DNA of 52,133 bases from a virus. Lineage: Duplodnaviria; Caudoviricetes. Below the pieces are notes generated by a model. That model searched no databases and was not told where the DNA came from. It saw only the letters and a list, made by a program, of their open reading frames with translations. The stretch spans positions 1 through 52,133 of IMG/VR virus record IMGVR_UViG_3300009509_000046; one strand, written 5' to 3'. Made by a program: the position numbers and the translations under genes. Positions 17,447-27,619 of this stretch are shown here, in pieces. Positions within the stretch are counted from its first letter, which is position 1, and the number at the start of each line of letters is the position of its first letter.

Positions 17447-17866
17447 ATGATAGCGTCGCGTACAGATGCACGAGATAGGATTCTTAGTCCGCTCAAAACC
17501 ATAGTGGACGCACAATCTCTCTATGCAATCTATGATGACACCCAATTGCAGCCCCCTGAAGACGGTGACACATCGTGGGTGCGAATTCAAGTGAGGCATA
17601 GAGCCGGTACGCGAGCTTCTCTTGGCCGCATGGACGGCACTGGAAAGCATACTCAGTATGGTTTTATCTTTGTGGAGATTCATACTCCGCGAGAAGATGG
17701 TTTGACAAAGAGTGACATCTACTCTGCGGCGTTCGCAGAGCAACTTCGGAAGTTTCCTGATGGTGACATCTGGATTTCAGAAGTAACAGCTAATGAAGTT
17801 GGTGATGATGGTAACTGGTATAGAGTAGACGTAATCGCTGAATTCGAGTACGACTTGATTCAATAA
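17447..17866 (+). CDS. Tail terminator protein
   Basis: PPEDGDTSWVRIQVRH...GFIFVEIHTP...WYRVDVIAEFEYD; lies before the tube gene. Confidence 0.8.
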   Translation: MIASRTDARDRILSPLKTIVDAQSLYAIYDDTQLQPPEDGDTSWVRIQVRHRAGTRASLGRMDGTGKHTQYGFIFVEIHTPREDGLTKSDIYSAAFAEQLRKFPDGDIWISEVTANEVGDDGNWYRVDVIAEFEYDLIQ

Positions 17867-17878
17867 GGAGTGTGTTAA

Positions 17879-19411
17879 ATGGCAGCGGTAAACAAAATCA
17901 ATTCAAATGTTGTGGAGACAGCGTATGCTGAGGAGCAGACGATTAAGACGCTGCCGGGTACTCCCGTATGGCGTCCTCTCGATGCGAACGAGTTCTCCGA
18001 CTTTGGTGGATCGATCAGCAAAGTCTCCCGTAACCCCTTCCGAACCGACAGACAGCTTCGCAAAGGTCAGACTGTTGACCTGGACGCTGCCGGATCGGTC
18101 AACCATGACCTTGTGCAGGCCGGTCTCCAGGATATCTTGCAGGGATTCTTCTTCGCCGATCTTCGACCAAAGGTAGAATTCGGTGGAGCTGGTGAGATCA
18201 CCAACGTTGATGGCACGGGCGAAGACTATGAAGCAGTGAGTGGGCTGGATGTGTTTTACGCAAACGATCTCGTGTTTGCTTCCGGCTTCTCCAACTCCGC
18301 CAACAACGGCCTCAAGAATGTTGTGTCGTCTGCGGCAACGTCACTGACGGTGAGTCAGGATCTTGTCGATGAGACTCCGCCTTCGGCGGCAAAGCTCGTG
18401 ACAGTAGGGTTTCAATTCACTTCCGGCGATCTCGTGGTCGATATGACCGGATCGCTTCCGAAGCTGACCACAACCACGAAGGATCTCACCGAGCTGGGTC
18501 TTATCCCCGGTGAATTCATCTACATTGGTGGTGACTCTGCGGCAACGCAGTTTGACACAAGCGGAATGGGTTTCGCTCGTGTGCGTTCAATCGCCCAGAA
18601 CGAGATTGTCATCGATAAGTGTCAGGCTGATATGGCTGCGGACACCGGCACCGGTAAAACGATCCAGATTTTCTTTGGTCGTGTTCTCAAAAACGAAGTC
18701 GGTACTGACATTGTTCGTCGGACCTACAATGTTGAGCGTCAGCTTGGTGCTCCTGATGATGCGTCTCCCACTGAGATTCAGAGCGAGTATCTCATCGGTG
18801 CAGTTCCCAATGAGTTGTCACTTAACATCCCGACCGCCGACAAAGCAATGGTCGATCTTGCGTTCGTCGCAATGGATGTAGAGTATCGGACAGGTGTTCA
18901 GGGTGTGAAGTCCGGCACCAGGATTTCGCTGATCGAGGAGTCTGCGTTCAACACTTCATCCAACGTTCCACTAATCAATTTAGCTATCATCAGTGACACG
19001 GATGAAAATCCGACGCCGCTGTTCGCTTATGCTGAGGAGCTGAGTATTGCGATCAACAACAACGTCTCACCGGACAAGGCCATTGGCGTACTCGGTGGGT
19101 TCGATGCAAGTCACGGCAACTTTGAAGTGACCGGCAATTTGACGGCCTACTTCCAAGATGTCGCTTCAATCGCCGCTGTCCGAGACAACAGTGATGTCAC
19201 TCTCGACATGCACCTTGTCAAAGAGAACGCTGGCATCACAGTCGATATTCCGCTGCTCGCCCTGGGCGATGGAAGACTCAATGTTGCCCAAAATGAGGCG
19301 ATTAGAATTCCGCTGTCGAAGGAAGCGGCAATCGGAACCGGAGCAATCACTGGCTACGATCACACGCTGTTGATGTCATTCTACGACTATCTGCCTGACG
19401 CTGCGGCGTAA
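17879..19411 (+). CDS. Major tail tube protein
   Basis: AYAEE...PGTPVW, RQLRKG, GNFEVTGNLTAYF; 510 aa with an inserted domain. Confidence 0.88.
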   Translation: MAAVNKINSNVVETAYAEEQTIKTLPGTPVWRPLDANEFSDFGGSISKVSRNPFRTDRQLRKGQTVDLDAAGSVNHDLVQAGLQDILQGFFFADLRPKVEFGGAGEITNVDGTGEDYEAVSGLDVFYANDLVFASGFSNSANNGLKNVVSSAATSLTVSQDLVDETPPSAAKLVTVGFQFTSGDLVVDMTGSLPKLTTTTKDLTELGLIPGEFIYIGGDSAATQFDTSGMGFARVRSIAQNEIVIDKCQADMAADTGTGKTIQIFFGRVLKNEVGTDIVRRTYNVERQLGAPDDASPTEIQSEYLIGAVPNELSLNIPTADKAMVDLAFVAMDVEYRTGVQGVKSGTRISLIEESAFNTSSNVPLINLAIISDTDENPTPLFAYAEELSIAINNNVSPDKAIGVLGGFDASHGNFEVTGNLTAYFQDVASIAAVRDNSDVTLDMHLVKENAGITVDIPLLALGDGRLNVAQNEAIRIPLSKEAAIGTGAITGYDHTLLMSFYDYLPDAAA

Positions 19412-19424
19412 CACAAAGAGCAAT

Positions 19425-19460
19425 AGGCCCTGGACGTCCCAGGGCCTTAACCTTTATTTT
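19425..19460 (+). terminator. Hairpin terminator/attenuator after the tube gene
   Basis: AGGCCCTGG-ACGTC-CCAGGGCCT followed by T-rich sequence. Confidence 0.65.
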
Positions 19461-19472
19461 GGAGAATAGAAG

Positions 19473-19907
19473 ATGAGCAATCCGTTGCGAAAGATGTTTG
19501 AGACTGACGAGTCTGTCGAAAAAGAAGGTGTCATAATCGAATACGCCCCAGGTATTGAGATAAAGGTTGCAAGAGCTGGCGGAGCAAACAAGAAGTTTGC
19601 AAAGATCATGTCCAGGCTTGCGAAACCTCATCGCAGAGCGATTCAGACTGAGGCCGTATCCGAAGAAACACTGAACCACATTTTCATCAAGGCGTATGCT
19701 GCGTCAATCATTCTTGATTGGAGTGGCATAACAAAAGATCTCATCACTCATAATGATGAGGATTCTGGTGTAGAATTAGCATTCAATCAGGAGAATGTCG
19801 AAGCTGTTTTGCGAGAACAGCCTAACCTGTTCGCGGATATCCAGAAGACCGCAGACAATATCTCGATCTTCCGAGCCGAAATCTTAGAGGCCGATTCGGG
19901 AAACTAA
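19473..19907 (+). CDS. Tail assembly chaperone (gpG-like)
   Basis: VARAGGANKKF, ILDWSGI; between tube and tape measure genes. Confidence 0.85.
   Translation: MSNPLRKMFETDESVEKEGVIIEYAPGIEIKVARAGGANKKFAKIMSRLAKPHRRAIQTEAVSEETLNHIFIKAYAASIILDWSGITKDLITHNDEDSGVELAFNQENVEAVLREQPNLFADIQKTADNISIFRAEILEADSGN
19898..19904 (+). other. -1 programmed frameshift slippery site G GGA AAC
   Basis: X XXY YYZ heptamer immediately before the stop; the -1 frame is open to 20239. Confidence 0.85.
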
Positions 19908-20239
19908 TTGATTGCCTGCTCTATTGGCTTGAATTGGGGCAGGTAGAACAGCGTATGATTGCTGATTGTTACCGTCGAAAGAGACCGCTCCCTGAACGCA
20001 TTCAGAACGCTCCAGACCTATTCGTGGGTCTGGAGCTATATTTTGACGCCTTCATAGAGCTGAATACATGCCGACAACAAGGTTGGGGGCCTGGACCGAT
20101 ACCTTGGTGGTGCATCCAGGAGCACGCCGAATTTCTGGGTCTTACTAATGAGGAGTCTGAAGATCTTCGATATCATATCAGAATGATGGATGAAGCATTT
20201 TTGAAGCATATTGCTCGAAAAACTGAAAAATCTGCTTGA
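19904..20239 (+). CDS. Frameshifted extension of the tail chaperone (gpT-like)
   Basis: The -1 frame reads KLIDCLLYWLELGQ...APDL...AFIELNTCR...GPIPW. Confidence 0.8.
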   Translation, partial: LIDCLLYWLELGQVEQRMIADCYRRKRPLPERIQNAPDLFVGLELYFDAFIELNTCRQQGWGPGPIPWWCIQEHAEFLGLTNEESEDLRYHIRMMDEAFLKHIARKTEKSA

Positions 20240-20264
20240 TTTCGCAGACATTATCGGGTATAAT
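20236..20264 (+). promoter_or_regulatory. Promoter with leaderless start; motif variant in the spacer
   Basis: TTGATT-17 bp-TATAAT, ATG 6 nt later; spacer contains CATTATCGG. Confidence 0.65.
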
Positions 20265-20270
20265 ATCAGC

Positions 20271-20702
20271 ATGGCACGAAGCTTTGGTAGTCGATTAGAA
20301 AGAATTGGAGACGTGCTGATGTACAACGTCTCTAAGACGATACGTGAAGCTGCAATGGCAGCGACGAGAGAGGTTGTGCTACGGACTCCGGTAAAGACAG
20401 GCCGTGCCAGGATAAATTGGCGAATTGGTCTTAATAAGCTCAGCTCAAAAGAGATAGATCCACCTGACACGCCCGACCGGGAGACAAATAGAAATGTTGC
20501 GTCCACTAAAGCTTTGATTGACGCTACAAACATCATTAAAAACTGGAAAGTAGGTAAAGGTAACATCTACATTATGAACCCAGTACCATATATAACAGAT
20601 TTGGATGATGGAACATCTGCTCAGGCACGAGCTGGCATGACTATTTTTGGTGTTGCTGCCGCTCGTGATATCCTGAGAAAGGGAAAGTTGTTACGTGGCT
20701 GA
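20271..20702 (+). CDS. Tail completion / neck protein (HK97 gp10-like)
   Basis: TPVKTGRARINW, NPVPYITDLDDGTSAQA. Confidence 0.8.
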   Translation: MARSFGSRLERIGDVLMYNVSKTIREAAMAATREVVLRTPVKTGRARINWRIGLNKLSSKEIDPPDTPDRETNRNVASTKALIDATNIIKNWKVGKGNIYIMNPVPYITDLDDGTSAQARAGMTIFGVAAARDILRKGKLLRG

Positions 20703-23169
20703 TAAGAAAGAATTACTGCTCATAGAAATTCGTGAAGACGGTGCCCGCGTCGTCAAGAAGAATATTACCGATCTTGGTGCTGCTGGTGACGCCACTACGA
20801 ATCAAATGAATAAACTCAAAGCAGTGCTCGGTGGATTAGTGTCTGCGAAAGTAATCAAAGACACGATCATGCTCGCCGACGCCTATGCAAATATGTTGAA
20901 CAGACTTCGTGTTGTTACTTCCGGCCAATATGAATTACGAGCAGCAATGGAATCTGTCTTTAAAATGAGTCGTGAAACTCGTACCTCTCTTGAAGCAAAT
21001 GTAGATATGTATGCCCGTATTGCGATCAATACACGGCAAATGGGTATGGGCATGGAGAAGGTGACAAAATTTGCAAAGCAGTTGAACCATGCAATTATTC
21101 TTTCAGGTGTGACCGCCCGCGAAGCTCAGTGGGGCATGGTTCAGTTTTCTCAAGCATTAGCTTCTAACGCACTTCGTGGCGACGAACTTCGTGCTACATT
21201 AGAGCAACTTCCTGTCGTCACCGACGTTATTTCAGAACATTTCGGAGTCACTCGTGGTGAATTGCGAGAGCTTGGTTTTCAGGGCCGAATAACAGCAAAA
21301 GAAATTATCGCCGCCTTCAATGAAGCTGAGGAAAGTTTAGCTGAGCGATTTGCGAAACGTATCCCAACTGTGGATCAAGGCATTACTGTTTTAAGATCCT
21401 CAATAGTTAGATTTGTTGGTGAAATGGATCAAGGATACCAAATAACGAGTAATTTTGCTCGTGCATTACTCTATGTTGCAGATCACATGGATCAATTTGG
21501 TCGTTTTGCAGCAATTGCAGGTGTTATACTTGGAACAGTGTATCTAAAGAATTTGATTTCAATTGTGGCTCAGATGAAGTTATTTAATTTATCCCTATTG
21601 AAGGCAAATATGTTGAAATCTATTCTTGCGGTTGGTGCAGTTGCGATGGTTGTCTATGCTGATAAGATCAAAATAGCAAGTGACTCATCAGCCACACTTG
21701 CTGATACATTCAAAGCTCTTGGTGAAAGAGCAAAAATAACGTATGCTCTTTTACGTGAGGGAATTTCAAATTTGATAAGTGGTAGTGACATCCACGCTGA
21801 TTTTAAAGTGACATTTGAAAGTATTCTTACAGATCTTTCGGCGTTTACCGATCATTTTCTTGGAGTTTTTGTTGGCATTGGTCAGGTCATTAAAAAAATC
21901 TTTGGTGATATTCCTGGCTATGCAAAATTAGCTTGGAATGGGATCATTTCTGGACTTGAGAAGATCCTTGATACAATAGTTGCCGTGTTTAAAACCGCAG
22001 GTGATATGTTCAAAATCTTTGGTCTTAACGTCAAGTCTGGGATGATTGCTTTGGCTGCTTCAATGGAGCAAGTTCTCGCAGGTAATATAGCTGTTGCGAA
22101 ACAATTTGCGGATCAGGCGGCACTGTCATTTGAGAACGCTGCTGGATTTAAGAATTTTGGGGCACTCCTAAGACAAAATTTGGAAGATGCTGCCAGTGAA
22201 GATTCATTGGCCGGAGCTAAATTTAAAATAAAAGCAGCAGGCGAAACTCTTGGTCAGGCATTTATGCGAGGCTTCGGAATGTCGAATTTGATTGAGACTG
22301 GAGTTACCGAATTATTTGAACGAGCAAAAGGTATAGCGGCCTCACGTGAAAGCGGTGTAATAACTGCACCAGTGGAGCAATGGTCTCCAACACCAATTCA
22401 GAGTCAACTTATTAAGGAAATGACTGGCAATGCTGGTGAGCTGGTAAACAAAATGGAACAACTGCGGGACATGTGGGATGTTGTGTCTCAGCGAGCACAA
22501 GATAAACAATTGTTTGATTTTGATATGTATTCTCGAAAGATGACTGAGTTAAGAATAAAGTCATTAGAAACAGCAACTGGTGTAGTTGATGGTTTCAAAC
22601 GTGGCTTTATGCAAATGACGCTTGAAATGAGCAACTTTGCAAATCAAGCAGAAAAAACTATTGTAAATGCATTTAGCCGAGCCGAAGACGCATTAGTGAA
22701 TTTTGTTAAAACGGGCAAAGTAGATTTCAAATCTCTTGTAGATTCAATGCTCGGTGATTTAACAAGATTACTTGCACGTCAAGCTCTTATGGGATTATTT
22801 AATCAATTCGCGGGGGCGGGCGGAATACTCGGATCATTTGCATCAGGGCCAACAGCGGCGGCTGCTCCGACGACCGTTTCTTCCGTAGTTAATTCACTAA
22901 TCGGCGGTGGAAAACAGCTCGGTGGGCATGTGTCCCCAGGGACATCTTATTTAGTTGGTGAAAAGAGACCTGAGATCTTCACACCCGCCCAGCCAGGGCA
23001 TGTTACTCCATCTGCCGCAGTAGTGCCACAAGCACCACCAAATGTTGTTGTTATAAATGTTGCTTCTGAGGAAGAAGCGAAAGCTGCTGCTGCTTCATAT
23101 TTGAATAGTTCCGAGGGTGACAGGCTCATCCAAAATACAATAAGAACCGCTCAGGATGGGAGCTACTAA
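20695..23169 (+). CDS. Tape measure protein
   Basis: QFSQALASNALRGDELRATLEQLP tape-measure domain; C-terminal YLVGEKRPEIFTP. Confidence 0.92.
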   Translation: MADKKELLLIEIREDGARVVKKNITDLGAAGDATTNQMNKLKAVLGGLVSAKVIKDTIMLADAYANMLNRLRVVTSGQYELRAAMESVFKMSRETRTSLEANVDMYARIAINTRQMGMGMEKVTKFAKQLNHAIILSGVTAREAQWGMVQFSQALASNALRGDELRATLEQLPVVTDVISEHFGVTRGELRELGFQGRITAKEIIAAFNEAEESLAERFAKRIPTVDQGITVLRSSIVRFVGEMDQGYQITSNFARALLYVADHMDQFGRFAAIAGVILGTVYLKNLISIVAQMKLFNLSLLKANMLKSILAVGAVAMVVYADKIKIASDSSATLADTFKALGERAKITYALLREGISNLISGSDIHADFKVTFESILTDLSAFTDHFLGVFVGIGQVIKKIFGDIPGYAKLAWNGIISGLEKILDTIVAVFKTAGDMFKIFGLNVKSGMIALAASMEQVLAGNIAVAKQFADQAALSFENAAGFKNFGALLRQNLEDAASEDSLAGAKFKIKAAGETLGQAFMRGFGMSNLIETGVTELFERAKGIAASRESGVITAPVEQWSPTPIQSQLIKEMTGNAGELVNKMEQLRDMWDVVSQRAQDKQLFDFDMYSRKMTELRIKSLETATGVVDGFKRGFMQMTLEMSNFANQAEKTIVNAFSRAEDALVNFVKTGKVDFKSLVDSMLGDLTRLLARQALMGLFNQFAGAGGILGSFASGPTAAAAPTTVSSVVNSLIGGGKQLGGHVSPGTSYLVGEKRPEIFTPAQPGHVTPSAAVVPQAPPNVVVINVASEEEAKAAAASYLNSSEGDRLIQNTIRTAQDGSY

Positions 23170-24929
23170 TGGCATGGTTTAAAGGATCAGCAACCGATTA
23201 TCAGGATTTTTTAGATACTTTAAAGAATTTGGCGAAGGATGACCACATTTCTGCGGCCACTATTTATGATGGTGGATTAAATTATGCAGTTGGTGACACA
23301 ATCACCCTGGCGGGTGGCACCAAAAACCATGAGCCTGAGATCGAAGTTCGGGGAGTATCTTCTGGGGATTATGCCAGTGGAGCAGCGGTAAACGCGGGTG
23401 GAACTGGCTATACCGTTGGGGATCTTTTAACTCCGACTACAGGAACATATATAGTCACGCCAATCATCGAAGTGCTAACAGTATCTGGCGGAGTAGTTAC
23501 AAGCGTACAGATTAACAATCCTGGCATCTGTACTTCTCAGCCGTCAAATCCGGTGACAATGACTGGCGGAACTGGATCAGGATGCACAATAGATTTCTCA
23601 TGGACAGCGGGCACTGGCATTATAACTGCAATACATATTTCAGACGCCGGAGTCTATACTGTGCAAGCATCAAACCCAGTAAGCCAGAATACGTCGAGCG
23701 GTTCAGGCACGGGGGCTAAATTCACGGCAACTTATACTGATACAGCGTGGGAAACAAAAGTTGATTATGAAGCTTATGAAGCCACTGGAACTGCGATTCA
23801 AGTCGCCGGTACTGGGTATACTCTGAATGATATTGTCACAGTAGTTGGCGGAACATTTACAGAAGCTTCAACTGTGAAGATTACCGCAGTATCCGGTGGA
23901 GTTCCAACATCTGTATCGGTACAAACTGGCGGGAACTACTCCACAACTCCAAGTAATCCCGCAGCCACATCGGGTGGAACAGGAACCGGACTAACTCTCA
24001 CGATGACTTGGACATTATCTGCTGATGAGTTGAAATATCTTATGCTCCACAATACTAATTCAGATCAGTATGTTGGATTTAAGTGTTTTAAAGTGACGTC
24101 CCCAGAAACTGCGTATCTTATACAAGTGGCAGGATTCACTGGATTCAATTCTCTATCAACACCCTGGGAAGATCAACCAGGAGCTACATGTGTTGAAGAT
24201 CAGAGCGATGATACCTATATTCCACTATCGGGTGGAGCGAGTCCTGCAACAGTTTATTATTGGATTTCGATTCAGGATGAACGCATCGTTGCAGCGTTTA
24301 AAGTGTCCTCGGTATATCCGAATATGTACGTCGGTGCACCAGATCCATTTATGACTGGTGGAGAGTATAATTATCCTCAGCTAATAATGGGCTGTATTGC
24401 GAGAAAGTCACCCTATACGTATGGCGGTATTGATTTTGCTGGAATGAATAACCCAGGGGCTGATACGGGTGGATCGACCGCGTATGCCGGACCGGGATGG
24501 TTGCGATCACCAAATGGTTCACTATTACAAGTGTTAAATTGGTTTCAAAGTGGGGGAGTGGCTACACCGTATGAGGGGGCACTCGGAATAACTCCATGTG
24601 GTCATGTGACAAACACTCCGCCTACAGATCCAAATAATTGGTATAGTGCTGTGCTGCATTGGAATCAACTGTTCAATGAAGATTCTGTAATACTTCCGGC
24701 TCAATTAGCTTTAAAACGAATCAATGATGAGTTTATTTTGATCCCATGTATGATCGTATCTGAGTCAACCGATAAAATGTATGGCACTATGCGAGGGGTA
24801 TTTTGTATCAATCCAGATGGTGTACTAAGCTCGGAAGATCGTATCTATATAGGGAGTGACATATATAGATGTTTTCAAAATTGCAATAAATCAAATAGAA
24901 ATTTCTTCTTTGTCCTAAAGGAGAATTAA
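23169..24929 (+). CDS. Tail virion protein with three inserted Gly/Thr-rich beta domains
   Basis: Three GxxYxxxD.IT..GGT...SNP...GGTG units. Confidence 0.7.
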   Translation: MAWFKGSATDYQDFLDTLKNLAKDDHISAATIYDGGLNYAVGDTITLAGGTKNHEPEIEVRGVSSGDYASGAAVNAGGTGYTVGDLLTPTTGTYIVTPIIEVLTVSGGVVTSVQINNPGICTSQPSNPVTMTGGTGSGCTIDFSWTAGTGIITAIHISDAGVYTVQASNPVSQNTSSGSGTGAKFTATYTDTAWETKVDYEAYEATGTAIQVAGTGYTLNDIVTVVGGTFTEASTVKITAVSGGVPTSVSVQTGGNYSTTPSNPAATSGGTGTGLTLTMTWTLSADELKYLMLHNTNSDQYVGFKCFKVTSPETAYLIQVAGFTGFNSLSTPWEDQPGATCVEDQSDDTYIPLSGGASPATVYYWISIQDERIVAAFKVSSVYPNMYVGAPDPFMTGGEYNYPQLIMGCIARKSPYTYGGIDFAGMNNPGADTGGSTAYAGPGWLRSPNGSLLQVLNWFQSGGVATPYEGALGITPCGHVTNTPPTDPNNWYSAVLHWNQLFNEDSVILPAQLALKRINDEFILIPCMIVSESTDKMYGTMRGVFCINPDGVLSSEDRIYIGSDIYRCFQNCNKSNRNFFFVLKEN

Positions 24930-24931
24930 CA

Positions 24932-25963
24932 ATGGCGTATCAAACAGGAACAGCTTCGGATCAAACTGATTTGATGAACAAACTTAGTACGTTTGCTCAG
25001 GCCAATGGCTATACCGAGGAATATTATAACGGCACAACGAAATTTCTATCGCTTAGCAGAAGTGTTGATAATCTATATGTGTCATTTGCATGGGACGCTA
25101 TTAACACTATAGCAATATATCAAGCGTTAGGATTTTCTGCGACGTATCAAGAGCAACCGTGGAACCAAGCCAATGATAGCGGCAATGGAAGTGATACAAT
25201 ACCGTCTCAAATAGAGTATGGTAGACAAGTATCGAAAATAGGAAATGGATCATTCACAGCATATCATTTCTTTGCTTATACAAATCCATATAATATTCAT
25301 GTCGTTCTTGAATTTGCCCCTGGACTTTATCGCCATTTTGGTTTTGGGAAAATAGATAAGGTAGGCACGTGGACGGGCGGTGCTTGGGCCGCAGGGCACC
25401 TTTGGAACTTTGCCAGTGCTTTTGCCGCCTATGACGAACCAAAACATAGCAGTCATTCGGTATTGGCAGATGGTTTATTACAAACAAATGTTTCTCCGTA
25501 TGATGTATATGCCGCAGATTCTGGGGCCACATTGTACTGTGAAAGTCTCCCTGGTCAAGTTGCAACAGGTAAATGGGGACATTCAGTTTACTACAATCTA
25601 AGCGATTCTGCGGTCGGCAATGATAGATCTTCTGTGCAGAGAATTAAAGTGAGCGGCGGCTGTCGATGTGGAATGAATTTACCGTTATTCGGTGGATTTT
25701 TGCCTGACCTTGCAAATGGGTTAATCCCGATAATCCCAATGGATGTTTTTTATTATAGAGGAGCATCTGGAGTTGACGGAATCTACTATCTGGGTAGAAT
25801 GCACAACATTGGGCATATTCACATGGAAGGAATTGACCCAGCACAGGAAATAACCGTTGGATCTGATGTGTGGATTGTTTTTCCGATGGTTCGCAAATCT
25901 GATATTGGAAATAATAATCAAGAGAGCGAAAACGCAGGAATCATTTACAAGAAGGTGACATGA
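24932..25963 (+). CDS. Tail virion structural protein
   Basis: MAYQTGTA..., YHFFA...YRHFGFG, EITVGSDVWIVFP; AAGGAG RBS. Confidence 0.7.
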   Translation: MAYQTGTASDQTDLMNKLSTFAQANGYTEEYYNGTTKFLSLSRSVDNLYVSFAWDAINTIAIYQALGFSATYQEQPWNQANDSGNGSDTIPSQIEYGRQVSKIGNGSFTAYHFFAYTNPYNIHVVLEFAPGLYRHFGFGKIDKVGTWTGGAWAAGHLWNFASAFAAYDEPKHSSHSVLADGLLQTNVSPYDVYAADSGATLYCESLPGQVATGKWGHSVYYNLSDSAVGNDRSSVQRIKVSGGCRCGMNLPLFGGFLPDLANGLIPIIPMDVFYYRGASGVDGIYYLGRMHNIGHIHMEGIDPAQEITVGSDVWIVFPMVRKSDIGNNNQESENAGIIYKKVT

Positions 25964-25964
25964 T

Positions 25965-26351
25965 ATGAGTCTTTCAAATTATTGCGAGAATTATTTGCTT
26001 GATTTACTATTCACGAACAAGACAGTGTATTGTGGATATGGAAGTGCCCACAGTGAGTCAAGTTTTACCGAGCTGTCTGGATCAGGTTATGCTCGTGTTG
26101 CATTTGGTTCGTGGACACTTACGAGTGTTGCTGTTGACGATCAATACGTATCCAACGATTCTGCCGTGACATGGCCGCAAGCCACTGGCAATCAAGGCAC
26201 TTGCTCACACATCGGGATCTTTGATGCTATTTCAGGCGGCAACTTCTTGGGCAGTGTGGCCCTCGCCGATTTGGGCCTGGAGAGTATCGAGGTTATCAAT
26301 GGCACTCAAATCAGTATTGCAGCCACAAAATTTCAAGTACACCTTGATTGA
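25965..26351 (+). CDS. Small fibre subunit (Gp80-like family), copy 2
   Basis: SNYCENYLLD...ELSGSGYARV...TWPQATG...SHIGIFDAISGGNFL; clear paralog of 13846. Confidence 0.7.
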   Translation: MSLSNYCENYLLDLLFTNKTVYCGYGSAHSESSFTELSGSGYARVAFGSWTLTSVAVDDQYVSNDSAVTWPQATGNQGTCSHIGIFDAISGGNFLGSVALADLGLESIEVINGTQISIAATKFQVHLD

Positions 26352-26362
26352 TAGGTAGCACT

Positions 26363-27619
26363 ATGAGTATAGCAGTAAACACAGATTGGGAAGTTCGCAC
26401 AACAGGATCTCCAACCAACGGCGGTGGGTTTAAAGATCTTAACCCAGGAACATCAGTTGATTATAGTCAGCAAGATTCAGCTCAACTTGCATTGACGGAC
26501 ATTGCGTCTAATGGTGCTGGTACTGGAATTTACTCTGCAACTGGCGGGTTTACTGCTGCGATGGAAGGTAATGTTTGTTATATTAGTGGCACTGGTTTTA
26601 CTACTGGTTGGTATCAGATTGTTGGATACACAGATACAAACAATATCACTATAGATCGAAGCTGTGGAGCGAGTGCTACTGGCGGAACTTGCAATATTGG
26701 TGGAGCGTGGGATCTTGATGCTACATTATGGACAACCTTTTTTAATACAACAAACAAATCAAACTATAATGTACTGCATGTAGCCGCAGGTACATATAGT
26801 TCGCTCGGCTCAAGTGTTTTAACAATCGGAGCTTCATATCTTAGGATCTTCGGCTACAATTCTACCAGGAATGATTGTCCAGAGGGCACCAATAGACCAT
26901 TGATTGATCTTGGCAATACTGCGGCGTATATAAACTGGACAGGTGGGTATGGCCGAGTAGAGTTTATACGAATTGATAATACCTACTCAAGTTCCAACTT
27001 AACCGCGATGTTTGCATCTGGTTTAAGCTTTGTCATGCGGGGATGTAAAATATCGAGATCAGGATATTCTGGAGCAACTGCGTTCGCTCCAAGCAGTACT
27101 CATGCAAAGATATTCCAATCAGAGTTTATTTGCACTGGGGGAACCGCCCTTAAATTGGCAAATTACGGAATGATCGTTCAACATTGTTGGGCACATGATT
27201 CAAGTTATGGGATTATGTACTCTGGTGCTGGTTCCTATAGCAGCATTCTTAATCACTGCATAGTGAGTAATTGTTCCACAACTGGTATTTCTCTTGTGTA
27301 TGGAAGTCATGTTGGTAATTGTGTAGTTTATAGCTGCGGTACCGGAGTGACATTCAGCACTCAAACAAGTTGTAGTATTATAAACACAATAATCCAAGAT
27401 TGTACGACAGGTCTTACGGCGGCAGAACATTGTTATGATGACAATAATATTTTATATAATAACACTACTCAGCGAAGTGGTGGAAATGTTGCTGGCCCAA
27501 ACAGTTTAACTTCAAATCCGCTATTGACAGATCCATCAAACGATGATTTTACGTTGGCAGCAACAAGCCCGGCATTTAATGCAGGTATAAAACTTGGCTC
27601 AGCAGTCGGACTTCCATAA
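26363..27619 (+). CDS. Right-handed beta-helix (pectin lyase-like) tailspike/RBP
   Basis: LHVAAGTY, repeated NCIV/NCVV/NTII turns, ending NPLLTDPSNDDFTLAATSPA. Confidence 0.7.
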   Translation: MSIAVNTDWEVRTTGSPTNGGGFKDLNPGTSVDYSQQDSAQLALTDIASNGAGTGIYSATGGFTAAMEGNVCYISGTGFTTGWYQIVGYTDTNNITIDRSCGASATGGTCNIGGAWDLDATLWTTFFNTTNKSNYNVLHVAAGTYSSLGSSVLTIGASYLRIFGYNSTRNDCPEGTNRPLIDLGNTAAYINWTGGYGRVEFIRIDNTYSSSNLTAMFASGLSFVMRGCKISRSGYSGATAFAPSSTHAKIFQSEFICTGGTALKLANYGMIVQHCWAHDSSYGIMYSGAGSYSSILNHCIVSNCSTTGISLVYGSHVGNCVVYSCGTGVTFSTQTSCSIINTIIQDCTTGLTAAEHCYDDNNILYNNTTQRSGGNVAGPNSLTSNPLLTDPSNDDFTLAATSPAFNAGIKLGSAVGLP

